A DNA stretch of 64,000 nucleotides. It comes from Balanoglossus misakiensis. Its lineage: Eukaryota; Animalia; Hemichordata. Below the pieces are notes generated by a model. The model was not told where the DNA came from. It was given only the letters and a program-made list of their open reading frames with translations, and ran no database searches. How positions within the stretch are numbered: the first letter of the stretch is position 1; each line of letters opens with the position of its first letter. Of this stretch, positions 1-12,495 are shown piece by piece. A program made the position numbers and the translations under genes. Location: assembly GCA_040954595.2 (NCBI GenBank), contig CM082598.2, positions 1,860,001 through 1,924,000 on the forward strand, read 5' to 3'.

Positions 1-253
1 TTAAAAGTAATGCATAAGTCATACAGCTTAATACTTTCAAAGGGGAATATTCTTTACACAGTAGAGGATGATAGGAATGCTGTTTTACTGGACAACAAAC
101 ACTCGTTAAGAACAGTCACATCCCCCTCCCAATTGCATGTGACATCTATGCTTGTAGTAGAGATGTTACAATCAGTTGTGAAATGTATATGAGCATTATA
201 TGTAGGAAAATGGCTTTTCTTATAATGAATGATTTTTTATTTTGCTATTTCAG

Positions 254-2712
254 TGCTGAAGGCGACTCAGAAGGCTATCCCAGAGTGCACTTGTCTTATC
301 TGGATGTTCAAGTCTTCAGTGATGGACACATAATCAAGGTGACCCCTGGGATTCTACGCACACCCTGCCTGATGGATATTACCTACTTCCCCGTGGATAG
401 ACAAGAATGCTATTTCGAATTCGGGCTGTGGAAATACTTTGACAGGTTGGTGAAATTGCACACTGGTGCTGACAATGCTCCTTTAGAGAATTACATTGCA
501 AATGTGGAGTGGGATATTCTGAATTCAACAGCTCAAGCTATCGAGAAGACGTTCATGAACATGGAAGGAGGATATGATAGCTTCACAAGTATTATTGTCA
601 CAATCGATATCCAACGAAAACCCCTGTATTATATCCTCAATGTTATACTTCCATGTATCGTGGTGTCCGTCCTGAGCACGGTTAGTTTTTGCCTTCCATC
701 GTCGTCCCCGGAGAAACTGGATCTGAGCATTTCCTTGCTCCTCACCATGTACGTCTTCAACCTGTTGGTGATTGACCTTTTACCCGCGACTTCATCTTCG
801 GTTCCATATTTGACGCGGTATCTACTTTTCAACATGAGTATAATCGGCTGTTCTGTGGCCTCCACCATGTTGGTGTTGAAAGTTCACAAGCGTCAGTCGA
901 ACGACCGCAAAATGCCCCGCTGGGTCCGCAAGGTGTTTCTGGAAAAACTCGCGTGGCTTCTGCTGGTGCACGTGCGAACTCGACCATTCAACAACAGCAA
1001 GAAACTTTTCCACAAAGTGAACCACTTCAACAATGCCAGCGAGGACAACATGCTGTTGAAACCAATTCTGCGCCAAGAGAACGATTCGCCGATTTTCTGT
1101 AGGATCAACAAATTCGAAAAGAATATGGTGACTCCAAGGACATGCTGTGCAACCACAAATTCGGCGTTTAGGTTTCCTACAAAGTTGCAACTATATCGGC
1201 AAAGACAGAGACATTGTCGCTGTCCTTGTTCCCACACAACTGGACATGACAAGAGGCTGTTGAATAATTCTGAAAAGATGGTGGACATATTGGACAGGAT
1301 GGCAAAACATTTTATTCCCAACCGATCAAACGAACACGTAAGTCAAAAATCTACTACACCTTTGAAACAATATGTTGGAATATGTGTTGAAATATAACTA
1401 ACGGTATAGAATGCATAACTTTCTTAAAGTTCCATTAGCTGTTACTTTTCATTATGTTTCCTGTATTTCTGTTGTGTGTGTATCTACTGCAAATTTGCAT
1501 ATTTGACAGTAAACTTATATAGTAGGCCAATCGCGAGACAGTTCTATGGAACACATGTCGATCATTTCGCGGGAATGTGATACATGCGGTATGCCACACA
1601 TAACATGACAGTTCTTTCGAGGAGAAAATTACATCTCCAATTTGACCGAATTTCTCGATTTTCATACACGTATCGATTTTGAGTGATTGGACATAACCGT
1701 TCTGTAGATGGTCCATTTGCCCCTGACAACCACCCAATTTACACGTGAGCAGACCATTTCTAACTCAAATGTGTGCTTCCGCCATCAACCAACGCAGTGA
1801 CGCGACACGTGTGTGTGTGGGTTAATGTTCTGACAGCAGCATGGCGTAGTGATATGCCCTGATAATTTTGTAAATTGGTTATTTCCGGCGGTCGTTTTAC
1901 CAGAACTGTGCATAGCGAATCTTGCACTGACAACGGCCTTTGCAAAAATCAGAACGTGCTGCGAGATTGGTGGCCATTTTGAATTGACCCCTGATTCTTA
2001 TTGTCAATGATCTAAAGTTGCCTTGAGCAAAATGTGAGAGTAGGTTTTAGACTTTTTGAGGCAATTTTAACAGTTCACGGTAGCACACCTTTATAACCAG
2101 TACATTGAAATCTGTGATATTAAAAAGGTCAAACGAATGACCCACAACAAAAGTCAAGACGTGATTGCTTTAGGAGTATCTGCATTTAATGTCTTCATTT
2201 CCCACCGATAATCTGTTTACCCAATGCAAGAGTTAAAACAGAAAATCATCTCGGCGAAATAAGGCGATTATTTGATTATACTCGAAAGGCCTCGGCATGA
2301 TTACAAAATGACATTCATGAATGAAATGTGTGTCCATAGATACTGGAGTTTTTATAGTGTGACGTAGATCTGTTGTAATGCCATTGTTAGAGTACAATGA
2401 CATCGACGGCAGTAAGATTCTTTGCAGACCTTAAGACAAGTAAGCTGTGATCATAGACTAAACACAATATGTTTAAGTCTTTTGGTATTGTACAGAGATA
2501 AAGTGTATAGTAATGCTTTATAAGTCCATTTCTGTACGCAAAGCTATAAATTCACCATTAATTTTAAACCTTATTTCTTCTCTCCTTTTTTTCAGATGTA
2601 CAAGGAATGGGTTGATCTTGCCAATGTTTTGGATCGTCTTTTGCTGGTCGTTTTTGTCATCATTTTCCTCACCGGTGCAGGCATCATTTTACCCAAATTA
2701 ACAGGGATTTGA
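254..2712 (+). CDS. Nicotinic acetylcholine receptor-like Cys-loop ligand-gated ion channel subunit, non-alpha type; 3' part of gene (exons 254-1337 and 2596-2712; 5' exons lie upstream of the window)
   Basis: Acceptor tttcag|254. The exon encodes the Cys-loop CLMDITYFPVDRQEC, pre-M1 RKPLYYILNVILPC, M2 (EKLDLSISLLLTMYVFNLLVIDLLP), M3 and the cytoplasmic loop beginning MPRWVRKVFL. Donor CAC|gtaagt at 1337. Acceptor ttttcag|2596 gives in-frame MYKEWVDLANVLDRLLLVVFVIIFLTGAGIILPKLTGI* (M4, TGA at 2710-2712). There is no vicinal Cys-Cys in loop C. Confidence 0.93.
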
Positions 2713-4587
2713 GAAATTATGCTAATAACTCGACCATTGACAATATTTGTCATGCCATGTAATATGATTCTTCAGTATTTTTGTGTGGTTTCGGACATGG
2801 AAAGTCTTAAGCTGTACCTCAAATTTTGAATTACAATATAATGTTATCAGTGTTTTATTGGATTAGGGCTAAAGTTTGCTTATTAGACACCTTTCTAAGG
2901 CTGGTAAATTTAATTCTAGAAACTATAAATAGTGACTACAATTTGGCTGAACAAAAACTTCATGAAGGCTATATTATTGCTTTTTCACATATCACTGTTC
3001 AACATTTAATGGAGTTCAAACATCCCTGTGAAGATGGTCTCTCAAATTTACGTCTTGAGTAAGTGCGCCATAATTTTCAAGACTGTCGTTTTAATCAGTT
3101 GACCACTCCACAACCCCTACATATTCGGAAAGTAGGTTGGTGTCGTTAGCTCACTACCGTTACATGTATAAACCAAACTTTTGGCATAAGATATTCTAAA
3201 AAAATTAAACAGTTGATGTGTTAAAGAGAACACATGAACATTTAGTTCTCATTTAATGAAGTGGGTACACCGTTTACAGATTCGTCAGTTATTTCTAAAA
3301 TTCTTGCTATAGACTGGATAGGTTAATACTTATTTATAATAGAAATGTGTGATGAAATAATATTTACAAATTTGATGAAAAATATAAAGCGTGTTCTACT
3401 ATCTCTCAGCGGAAGAACACACAAGAACTTTTACATAAAACGATTACTTTTTACAGATGAACTGGAAGTGAGTTTTGGAATTGATTTAAAACTTTGAGGC
3501 AGAACCTTTTGGTCTTAAGACTTTATTTTTGTCTAACCTTTTATTAGCCATTTTATTTCCTTTGTTGCCTTTTTTAATCTCGTCGATTGATTAGCAATCA
3601 TACTAAGGGCTCACAGAGAAGCCCCATTTTGTCTGCCAATAGATGTCTCTGTCTTGTCTGCTCGCGAATGAAATCTCCCCAACGGGCATCCTCATATCAG
3701 GGCCATGTCCGGTTACTTCACTGTTTGCACTGATTACAAAGTTGTCAATTGTTGTCTATCAACTCAGTGACAAACATGAAGCTATACAAGTCATTCTCAT
3801 GTGCATATTATTGAAATCCTGGCATTCGTTTGACGTTGAGGACGATCGTGCTGCAGAATGCATATCCGCTGAAATCAGGTTCAAACGCTCTCACCAGAGG
3901 GCACTGTATTGAACATTGTTGAACATCAAAAATTGGCTTCGAGATATTCTGTTTGTCTTCCTTCTCTGATTTAAACTAGTTTTGTCATTAGATATTGATA
4001 AACATTGATTTTTTTTTTAATTTGCTGAACTTTCGCTGCGATTTCATCATTGTAGACCTTTTTGATATCTGTACTGCATGCTATATTCTGACAAATTTGA
4101 AACAAAAAGGGGGAAACAGTGGTTGGTTAATACCAAAGGCTAGTGGTGTATACAAAAGCAATTGAAAAGTTAGTAAAAAATATGATTTTGTCGGTGCTGG
4201 TACATTATGCACTTAATTTGTTTCACAATGCAGAAACTTCAAATACTTGTTGTAGATCGCTTTGTCAAAGCCAAGGGAAAACATCACCCTTCCTAAGATT
4301 GGCCACATTTGTTTCACAATTCATTTCCTTTCACATAGAGCAAAGTTACAGACTTTACTATAACGTGCACAATATATAGTTAGAGATGAAATGTAACATA
4401 AAGCAGTAATATATGACATTTGCAATATACACTAATTGAAATTTTAAGAGCTCAGCCGGTGCTGGCGCTTTAGGGTAAAATATACACTATGTTATTTCTC
4501 CTTTTTTCAATAAATTTCTATCATTCAATCATTGTAATTCTACAGACTAAGTTTTGTATGTGAATGTTGATGACAAGTGTGTATTAG

Positions 4588-4766
4588 AGGTATACGGTCA
4601 CTTCTAATTTACGGTACATATGCCTATATATTGTCAAAAGTGTGTCTTCAGTGTTCAAAGGGCCATGTTGTGGCGTGTGTGCCACCCACTGAAAATCCGT
4701 GATTGGCTAAACTTAAATTTTCCATGGAAACAGCTGTGCGAAATATTTGAAGGTGACTGTATACTT
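4588..4766. mobile_element. Copy of the Kolobok-like MITE (opposite orientation to 27432-27616)
   Basis: aggtatacggtcac ... gtgactgtatactt|ttaa, with internal ccactgaaaatccgtgattgg (reverse complement of the family motif). Confidence 0.6.
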
Positions 4767-5008
4767 TTAATATTGATGAATAACAGAACTGCACACTAAC
4801 AGCATTTTACTAGGTTTTACTTTTCATTATCTTTATTGGGAACAAAATGAATAAATTTACAATCTGAAAAGTGTCAAGTGACAGGGTAAAATGTTTGCTC
4901 AAACAAATTGAATATTAATAAGAAACTGCCACCATTGATAATCATCTTGTCGTACACAGCAATGAGTACTTGGCTTCCGGGCCAGATGTAATGTAACATA
5001 GCCGTTAT

Positions 5009-7211
5009 TCAAATACTGCTTAACGACCACTTCGTATTTTTCCAATCATCTGAATATGAGGGAAAAAAGATTAAAATTGCTATGAAAATGTCAACAGTAT
5101 ATCCAGTACATTCACTGTCAGGCCCAATGCAAGTATTCCAGTATCTGTGTCTACAACAGTAATGATCATATCACCATAGGATGGTTAGTTATCTTAGACA
5201 TCATATTCAATGCCTCATATTCATGGGATGGTGTGTGTATGTATGTATGTATGCATGCATGTATGTATATGTACAGTATGGTGTATATACAAAATCTCTT
5301 TTTTCAATATATAAGTAAAATCATTGTTCTGTGTTCAGACCTACCTGACCGATAACAGAAGACGCCGTATTCTTCACTCCTGTCCGGCGTACCAAGATCA
5401 ACAACACCTGGTTCATCACCGCAGCCTTCTGATTGGTCCTGTGAGGGAAACCCAACACGCCCACCGTCCAACCAACCCGCTTTGCAGTACTGGAATCCGC
5501 TCTGCCATTCTTCGAGGAGTTGGTCGTAGGTGGCGATAGACGTTCCCTGGCGTTCACATTCGGCGACCGCTTCCTCATACGTCAGCGAGTTAGTGCCGTT
5601 GCAGGATTCCACAAAATACACATTCCGATCTGGAAAAAGGGACACAGCGTACAACACTTTACTTCTGGAACTCATCTCGGCTGTGGCATGTATTACTAGT
5701 ATGCCCTAGTGTGCCTGCCTGTTTCACCAGAGCATTTGCAACGTGGGATGCAAGCATGGACGAAGAAATCATTCAAATTTGCATAGGTAGGCTAATTACA
5801 TGTATGTTAATGTTTAATGTTTTAACTTCAATCACACACCATATGTACACCATTGTTATTGTTGACCACTGAATTTAAGTATTGAATTCTCTTGTCAACA
5901 ATACAATGTACCACATGTACAGGCTATGTCAATCTGATTAAAATCGGATGTACGGTACAGCGACGTCTTTCACTTATGTGGTATGGTATCATTATGTTGT
6001 CGCCTTATACCGTACTGCATATTAAAGGTCGCCATACCCTACATCTGATTATAATCAGAGTGTGGCTATGTTAACAAGAAGAATAGTTGGTTGCTTTGCT
6101 TGCTGTAGCTTGGTGCCCTGCACTGATGCTATAAATACACAAGCAAAGGCCAATTAACTTACCGCTAGGATAGCAGAAAACATCATAGTTCTCGGCCAGA
6201 TCTCTGAATCCGAGGGAAACAAGTCCTGCATATCGTGGTCCTCTTCTGCTGCATCTTTTGCGTCCACGTTGCACGGGGTAACTGACAGTTGCCATGGACA
6301 GCCAGCCGGGGGCGCACTTCTGGTATCCCTGCTGCCACGCGTGGAATAGTTGCATGTAGTTGGCGATGTTGGCGCCGTATCTCAGTTTGCACTCAGCGAT
6401 AGCGTCGCCATAGTTCAGTGTTCTGGAACCGTCGCAGCCTTGCACAGAGAAAACTTTGACATCTGGAAAAGGAAGGTGACAAAAACTACATGTAGTAAAT
6501 TTTGCACATTAATTTTCATTACCTTTTTCTGACAACATAATCCACCTTTGCAGGTGGGTGTAGAATTCATTTCAACAGTTCCTGAACATGGGGAACAATG
6601 CAATGGCGAGTGAGGCTAGGTGCAATTTAAAAACTTACCCCCTTTTACCGGACGAGACCGACGGTTGTTCCGTCTACGTGGTGGCCGAGCTTCAACCAAA
6701 ATCTGAAAATCAGGAAAAAATACATTGTTCATCTCTCTGACTATCCATCTCTGACATTTTAAAGATACCAGCTACAACTTAATTCAATTTCTCTCCACGA
6801 TCGCACATGACGTATGTTCCCCTTTAAACTATCCTCCATCATTGAATATCGCAAAGCACCGAGAACTGAGTGTGAAAAGGGGCGATCATTCAAACAAGTG
6901 GTTTGATCCAAAGTTACCAGTTTGCTAAAATGAAAGTTTGAAAATCAGCTTAGCTATTGATTTTAAATTGTAGTCTTATATCCAGAATTGTGCGTCAGTA
7001 CCTGGTTGAAGTCGCTGCCGATACATTTGCCATTTCAAACTTGCGATTCTACAAAGTAGCCGAAGTTCTTTCTACAGCTTCAAATGTTGATCAAAATTCT
7101 TTATAGTTACTGAGCGCGTCGGTTTTACTGAAAAGTTGAAGAAAGACGACTTACCTGTAAGCAGAAGATTAACACCAGCACAAACAGAACAAGTTCAATT
7201 CGGATGGCCAT
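5009..7211 (-). CDS. Secreted protein with two tandem Link (Xlink, hyaluronan-binding-type) modules, 248 aa; exons 7211-7155, 6702-6639, 6462-6163, 5629-5345, 5049-5009
   Basis: Exon 1 is MAIRIELVLFVLVLIFCLQ (signal peptide, phase-0 gtaagt). Exon 2 is ILVEARPPRRRNNRRSRPVKG. Exons 3 (300 nt) and 4 (285 nt) are phase 1-1 and each has the Link pattern L.Y..A...C...G..IA.Y.QL...W..G.Q.C..GWL....V.(Y/F)P.......C.....G.V..G.......Y.VFCY. The last exon is DDWKNTKWSLSSI*. Total 747 nt in one frame, all junctions GT-AG. AATAAA lies on the - strand at about 4832-4837. Confidence 0.9.
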
Positions 7212-9882
7212 GCTTGACAAAATAACAGCGTTCGTGGTCTTCTTGGTCAGAATGAAGTTTCGGGACGAAAACGTCCCCCTTTTATACATCCCAGCTCGTC
7301 GCAAAAAGACACCCTGGCAGAACTATTACTAAGAATAAACTGAAATCGAATACTTTGAGCAGGAAATAGCAGGAACCGCATATGCCATAAATCACAACTC
7401 GGGGACCTAATTTCGACGTAATAGCCTTTCCAATAGTTCGTAGCGTGGTCACTCTGCTAGGAACAGGGCCACCCATAGAATGACGACTGTAAAGCTGGTT
7501 TTACTCAAACCCAAACGTCTGCTGAGCTCAGAACTTCACTTTTTCCATATTCTGATTGTTGTGATTACTCTTATAAAAACTTTTCTGAAATACATTTGCA
7601 TCCCATTAGCGAAAGGCAAGATTTTCTGTAGAACAACCTCCGAACTGCACGTTTTCTGTTAGTTAGATGGTGAACCAGAACGGCCCATCTTTGGTAAAAA
7701 AATACTGGGGACAGAAATCGCCTTCCCACGCATCTTCTATGAGTGGGAATGTTTACCTCTCCCTAAAGTTTTATTGAAGCTTTGTACTGTTGCAGATCAC
7801 TTGACCCCCACATGGGGTAAACCGCAAGTACACGTTATCAAACGCCCAATTTATATCACATAAAATTTACAAGGTCTTGTGACTCAGATGAATTTGGCTG
7901 CGTTAAGATCCTCGTAATTTTGACCAATATATCCTTGCAAAGGGGTAGCTGCTTTTATATCCCACTAGTCCGGTGTTTTTTTGCGTGGTTTGGACAGTAT
8001 CCAAGTTCAAGCAGATGGCAGGATCACAGTTCAAATCATCTCAGGGTGACGAAACAGAACATCCTTCAGCAAACATATCCAGAATTTCTGTCTTTCCGGG
8101 ACACTTTTTCATAATACAAAGGGCATATCGACATTGGTGAAAGAAAACTTTCCTGTGATCTGATACCCACCTCTCTGTCTCTCTGTCCGTCCGTCTGTCT
8201 GTCTTACCTCATTCCTCCTAGCTCCCCTCCCCTCCCCCCAAAAAGCGCAACATCTACCTTTCCAAAGTTATGAATATAACGTCACCTGTCAAAGTGCGCG
8301 ACCGTGAAGGCCTCTGTCCCCGAAACGTGACTTATCAATCAACAGAGTCAGTTCGCACGCTCTTTCGGCCTATTTTAAAATACTCACTTGATATCATTCT
8401 CAGTCAAGAGCAGAGAATGTGAACGAAGTGAAATATAACCCGTCTTTATTTTTAAAGAGGCTTTTCGTGTTACAACAATGTTATGCTCTTATAGACTCGT
8501 AGAACCCTGTCGTGCATTTTTTGCGTTTAACTACCCTATTAAATAAAGACATTTTCGGCGGAATTATTTTCTCGGCAGCTAATATTTATGATGCGAAAGT
8601 AGGTCAAAACTGAGAACCAAAGGCCCTATTTCGGTGAATTGTGTGTCTAGTTGGCATTGCGTTTACACAAATATATGTATGGTTTCTTGTTCTACTGGAT
8701 AGCTTTACGAAATGTTCAGTCTTTAGCTTCCTGCAACGCCTGTACATGAGTAATGGCAGTTGTTAGTATTGACAAACGAATTCAAATCCGGACTTCGTAA
8801 TAATTTACTCCTATCTCACGAACACGAGAAACATAATGTAGGTCAACACAAGAACGTCAGTTTTGTAGGCGACAAATGTTGGTTCTGCTGTAAAATACGG
8901 ACACTTTACTGGTATTTAATCTTATCGTGAACTCGCGGTTTCAGTTAAAAATGAATCGTGGAAATAGGGCAAAAGTTTCCCCTGGTCTAAACTTTCCCCG
9001 ACCTTTATGTTATATGAGGAAACGATTGAAAAATATGTGCTACACACGTTGTGTAGGCGGAAATTGGACATGGTGTGATGTCGTAAACGGATTAGGACAT
9101 GTACAGAAAAATGACTGATGATATAATTCTCTGAATTCAGTAATTCTAATTTACATTACTGCCAGATGTTTTCACAGAAAGGAACATTCCCAGATTTTGC
9201 ATATATATTTCCGCGTTTCGGTCTAGACATGGAGATAAAAAAATCTTTGAGAGTTAGCTAAGTTTAACAAGCCGGGTATGGGTATATTTTGATGCAGTTG
9301 TGTCTACTAGAGGCAATTGATGATAAAATAAATTTATGCTTGTGGACTTAGTATGCCGGGGAGAGGGGGGCTTCGGGAGGAAATAAGTGTCCCTGGAATG
9401 ATCTTTGGCAGACTTTCACGAAAATGGGAAAAATCATATAAACTCTAATGAAAAAAAACTGTACTGGATAAACCTTGACTAAGTTCCATGTCCCAAGATA
9501 TATGTTCCTGTGACCTTCAGAATCTATTTACGACACTGTATGATTAACTTATATCGCGGTGAGCTCAAAACCCCACACAAAAACCATATTTACCTAACAT
9601 AAGTATAGTTCAATCATAGCCTTATTACTTTAAAATAGTGTGGTTCAATCTATAGTTTAATTACCGATTCACGCTTAGTGTAACTTTCGAGCAAATATAT
9701 TACCATGGCATTTTATGACATGTTTAGTATAATTCTGCTATAATCATACGATTATAAGGCAATTTGGTTCAAGGACATGTATTAATATTGATATAGTTAA
9801 AAGTATTTTATGGACCGAGCAGACGGCATGATTATAACGCCCTATACCCCCATGATTTCCAAAAGGTTTCATTCATCTTTCA

Positions 9883-10227
9883 CTAATTATCGTAATTTCT
9901 CCCTCCGATAACATCAAGGTTCTTAAATACGACTCTAACACGTGGCAGTGGTTCTTAGCAAAAATCGTGGTTCTTACGTTTTATAGCCTTAAAAGTCAAA
10001 AATACTCGAGGTTCTACCTAACAATGTGATATTTTTAGTCGATGCGATGATAAATTCTCATTATTAATTACTAATTATCGTAATTTCCCCCTCCGATATC
10101 ATCAAGGTTCTTAAATACGACTTTAACACGTGGCCGTGGTTCTTAGCAAAAATCGTGGTTCTTATCGTAATTTCTCCCTCCGATATCATCAAGGTTCTTA
10201 AATGAGTTAAGACTTTAATACGTGGCC
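9883..10227. repeat. Three copies of an about 90-bp direct repeat in the divergent intergenic region
   Basis: The unit tcgtaattt(c/t)ccctccgata..atcaaggttcttaaat...aacacgtggc..tggttcttagcaaaaatcgtggttctta occurs at about 9883, 10071 and (truncated) 10164. Confidence 0.8.
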
Positions 10228-12438
10228 GATATTAATGTATATTCTTAACACCATTTCCGTTTGAGAGTAAAATAAATTCTGTAATGTCAGGGGTTGTCGT
10301 TTAATGGCCATCAATTTCTTCGAGGAGTGCTCATAACTGCTTGTAACGCGTTTCTTGTTCTTTCACTGGGTGTGGGCATGTGTTGGTCATCTTTCATGGA
10401 ATGACTCCCGCAGTCGACCCACGGTGTCCCCAGCAGAGACATTTGACCGTTATCTGAGTAAATCATTTGTAATAATTTGTTGTAACGAGATCTTCAAGGT
10501 CCGTGTTCTGCTCGTTCAATTACTGAGCAAACTTTTTTCAGTTTTGAAGTGTCTGCCACAGAGGGTGCTGGATATAGTGGTATACATTCACATACACGTC
10601 CCACAAAGTTATAGTGTTTCGTCAAAGTGACCAGTATTCCAACAATTCCTTGATAAAGTGGACTCCACTCCACGATTTATTAACTCGAGACAAAGTTTGT
10701 TGTAATTTATTTATTCATAATGACACAATTAAGCCAACAGACTCGCGGTAGGTCTATTGAATGGGCCACGGTATATGCACAGTTTTCAGACCAACTACTA
10801 GTATTTCGCTCCAAGGGATCACTTGAAGCGAAAAAAATAGGTGTTGGCGAAAAAAATATTATGCTTGCATTGTATCATCCCCGACAGACATTACATTGCT
10901 TGTGTTTTAGTGATCACGTTTATCTCAGTAATCCACTTTGTCTTAATTTGAGTGCGCATTTATTGGGTATGGGGTTTTGTTATACATGTATATCAATGGA
11001 AGGAAAGGAACAACGCGCTCTGGTTTGTAAATCTACAGGCTACACCTGTTGCACGGATTGTCAGATTAGTCCAGCAAAGAAATCTAAAGAACAAACCAGT
11101 GACAGACAACGCAGTGAGGTTCATGCTGGTTTAATAGGCGGGGCTGTGAAAATAAAATCGCATGAGTCACAGTGCAGACCCGCAAAAAGTGGGGGTCACA
11201 TTTGTGTCATCGCAAAGCTTTGTGTTTTAATAGTCTGGCTGTTTCGAGTCGTTCGTTCACGCTTTAATCTGCTTGAAATCGCGGTGTCGCTTTCTCCATC
11301 CCTGAATTACATTTCACACGTGAATGTACATTTCGCGTTATCTTGTAACACGCGTGTAACTGATACTTATAGTCGTCTTGAGGGCGTTTTGCTGTTTTTA
11401 AATTAACACGTCGTCGCGTCCAGTCGCGTAGACATCTAACGCTATGTGTTGTTGATAAAAACTATAGTTCTATGTGCGGCCCCGTTTTTTCATCGTAGGG
11501 TCTGGCATACTATTCACTGAAACACAACACAATGCCTTATTATGGACAAAAGGTGTTGGGATGCATAACAATAGCCCTTAGCTCACGACCTTTGACGTCC
11601 GGCCGGGTGTGGTCGTCACGTGACCTAGCCTAAAGTCATCTCGGTACCCCCTAGCAGATAGCATGGGCCATGGTGAATTTCTCTCACCCGTTCCTTCGCA
11701 CACCCAATAAAATTACGTTTTCGCAGAAACATGTACCGTGATCCAAGCAACAGAATGACAGAGACTTTGACTGGCAAACGTGCCAATAAATTTCGTTGGC
11801 AGCCGAAATTACATAGATCCCCAGAACTTATAAATTAGCGTGATCTGTAATTATGAAGTCGATCATTACAAATCACAGTGGTCCGTGTACAAGCTCACTT
11901 GTATATAAAGTGTGAATGTTTTGGTGTTCATGTCTTTGCGTTGTCGATTTCACGGTTTAATGTAATAGCTCCCGACAAAAGCTAAGATTTTATATAACCA
12001 CGAGATCGCAGCATCGCTGTCGAGTCACACATTCTCTTCTTTGACGTTATGTAACAGCGAAATCCACGACAATGACATTTTGGCGTGGTCCCCTTTTGTG
12101 AGAGAATTTTACTGAGTCACCTAGGGAGCGCTGATGCTATGGTGCGTACATTATCCCAAGGCACTGGTGTTAGACAACTTTCACTAGAAGAGGCTGGCCG
12201 AATCATATCTCTCGATTTGCCAGGTTATCAGAAAACAGGTGCTTTGCAGAGGATGGTAATCGGCGAATCCCAGCGCACACTGAGGGTGATAATTTAAGAC
12301 AGTCGCTGGTCCTTTCAACTCATTCAAAGACAACTATTTGCCACAGGTGATAGTCTGTCGACTCGACTACTGTAAAGCTTTGGGTGGGGTCGCCAGGACT
12401 CCAAGTGTCCCAACACCTACTTTTCACCCGAGAAAAAT

Positions 12439-12495
12439 ATGCAGTGGCAAACTACCTTACTTAACACCTTGGCGACATTTGCGTTACTATGGGCG
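12439..12495 (+). CDS. Signal-peptide exon (exon 1) of the FN3-array gene
   Basis: ATG at 12439, 19 codons with a hydrophobic core (LLNTLATFALLWA), and a consensus donor gtaagt at 12496. Its phase matches the acceptor at 22707, and VTHC|QE is a plausible cleavage site. It is too short to appear in the ORF track. Confidence 0.8.

Noticed and set aside
3600-3970. Coding-like stretch on the - strand (…IDNFVISANSEVTGHGPDMRMPVGEISF…)
   Set aside because: Interrupted by stops and I cannot match it to any family. It may be 3' UTR or a decayed fragment, and a translated search would be needed.
10260-10700. Possible decayed coding or transposon remnant
   Set aside because: The - strand frames I read are broken by stops and show no diagnostic motif; the 91-aa + strand ORF has none either.
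10720-11406. 228-aa ORF in the intergenic region
   Set aside because: No recognisable domain, no splice context linking it to neighbours, and random-looking composition. Treated as a chance ORF.
11901-11910. TATA-like gtatataaag upstream of the FN3 gene
   Set aside because: Such motifs are common in AT-rich DNA and the transcription start is unknown.
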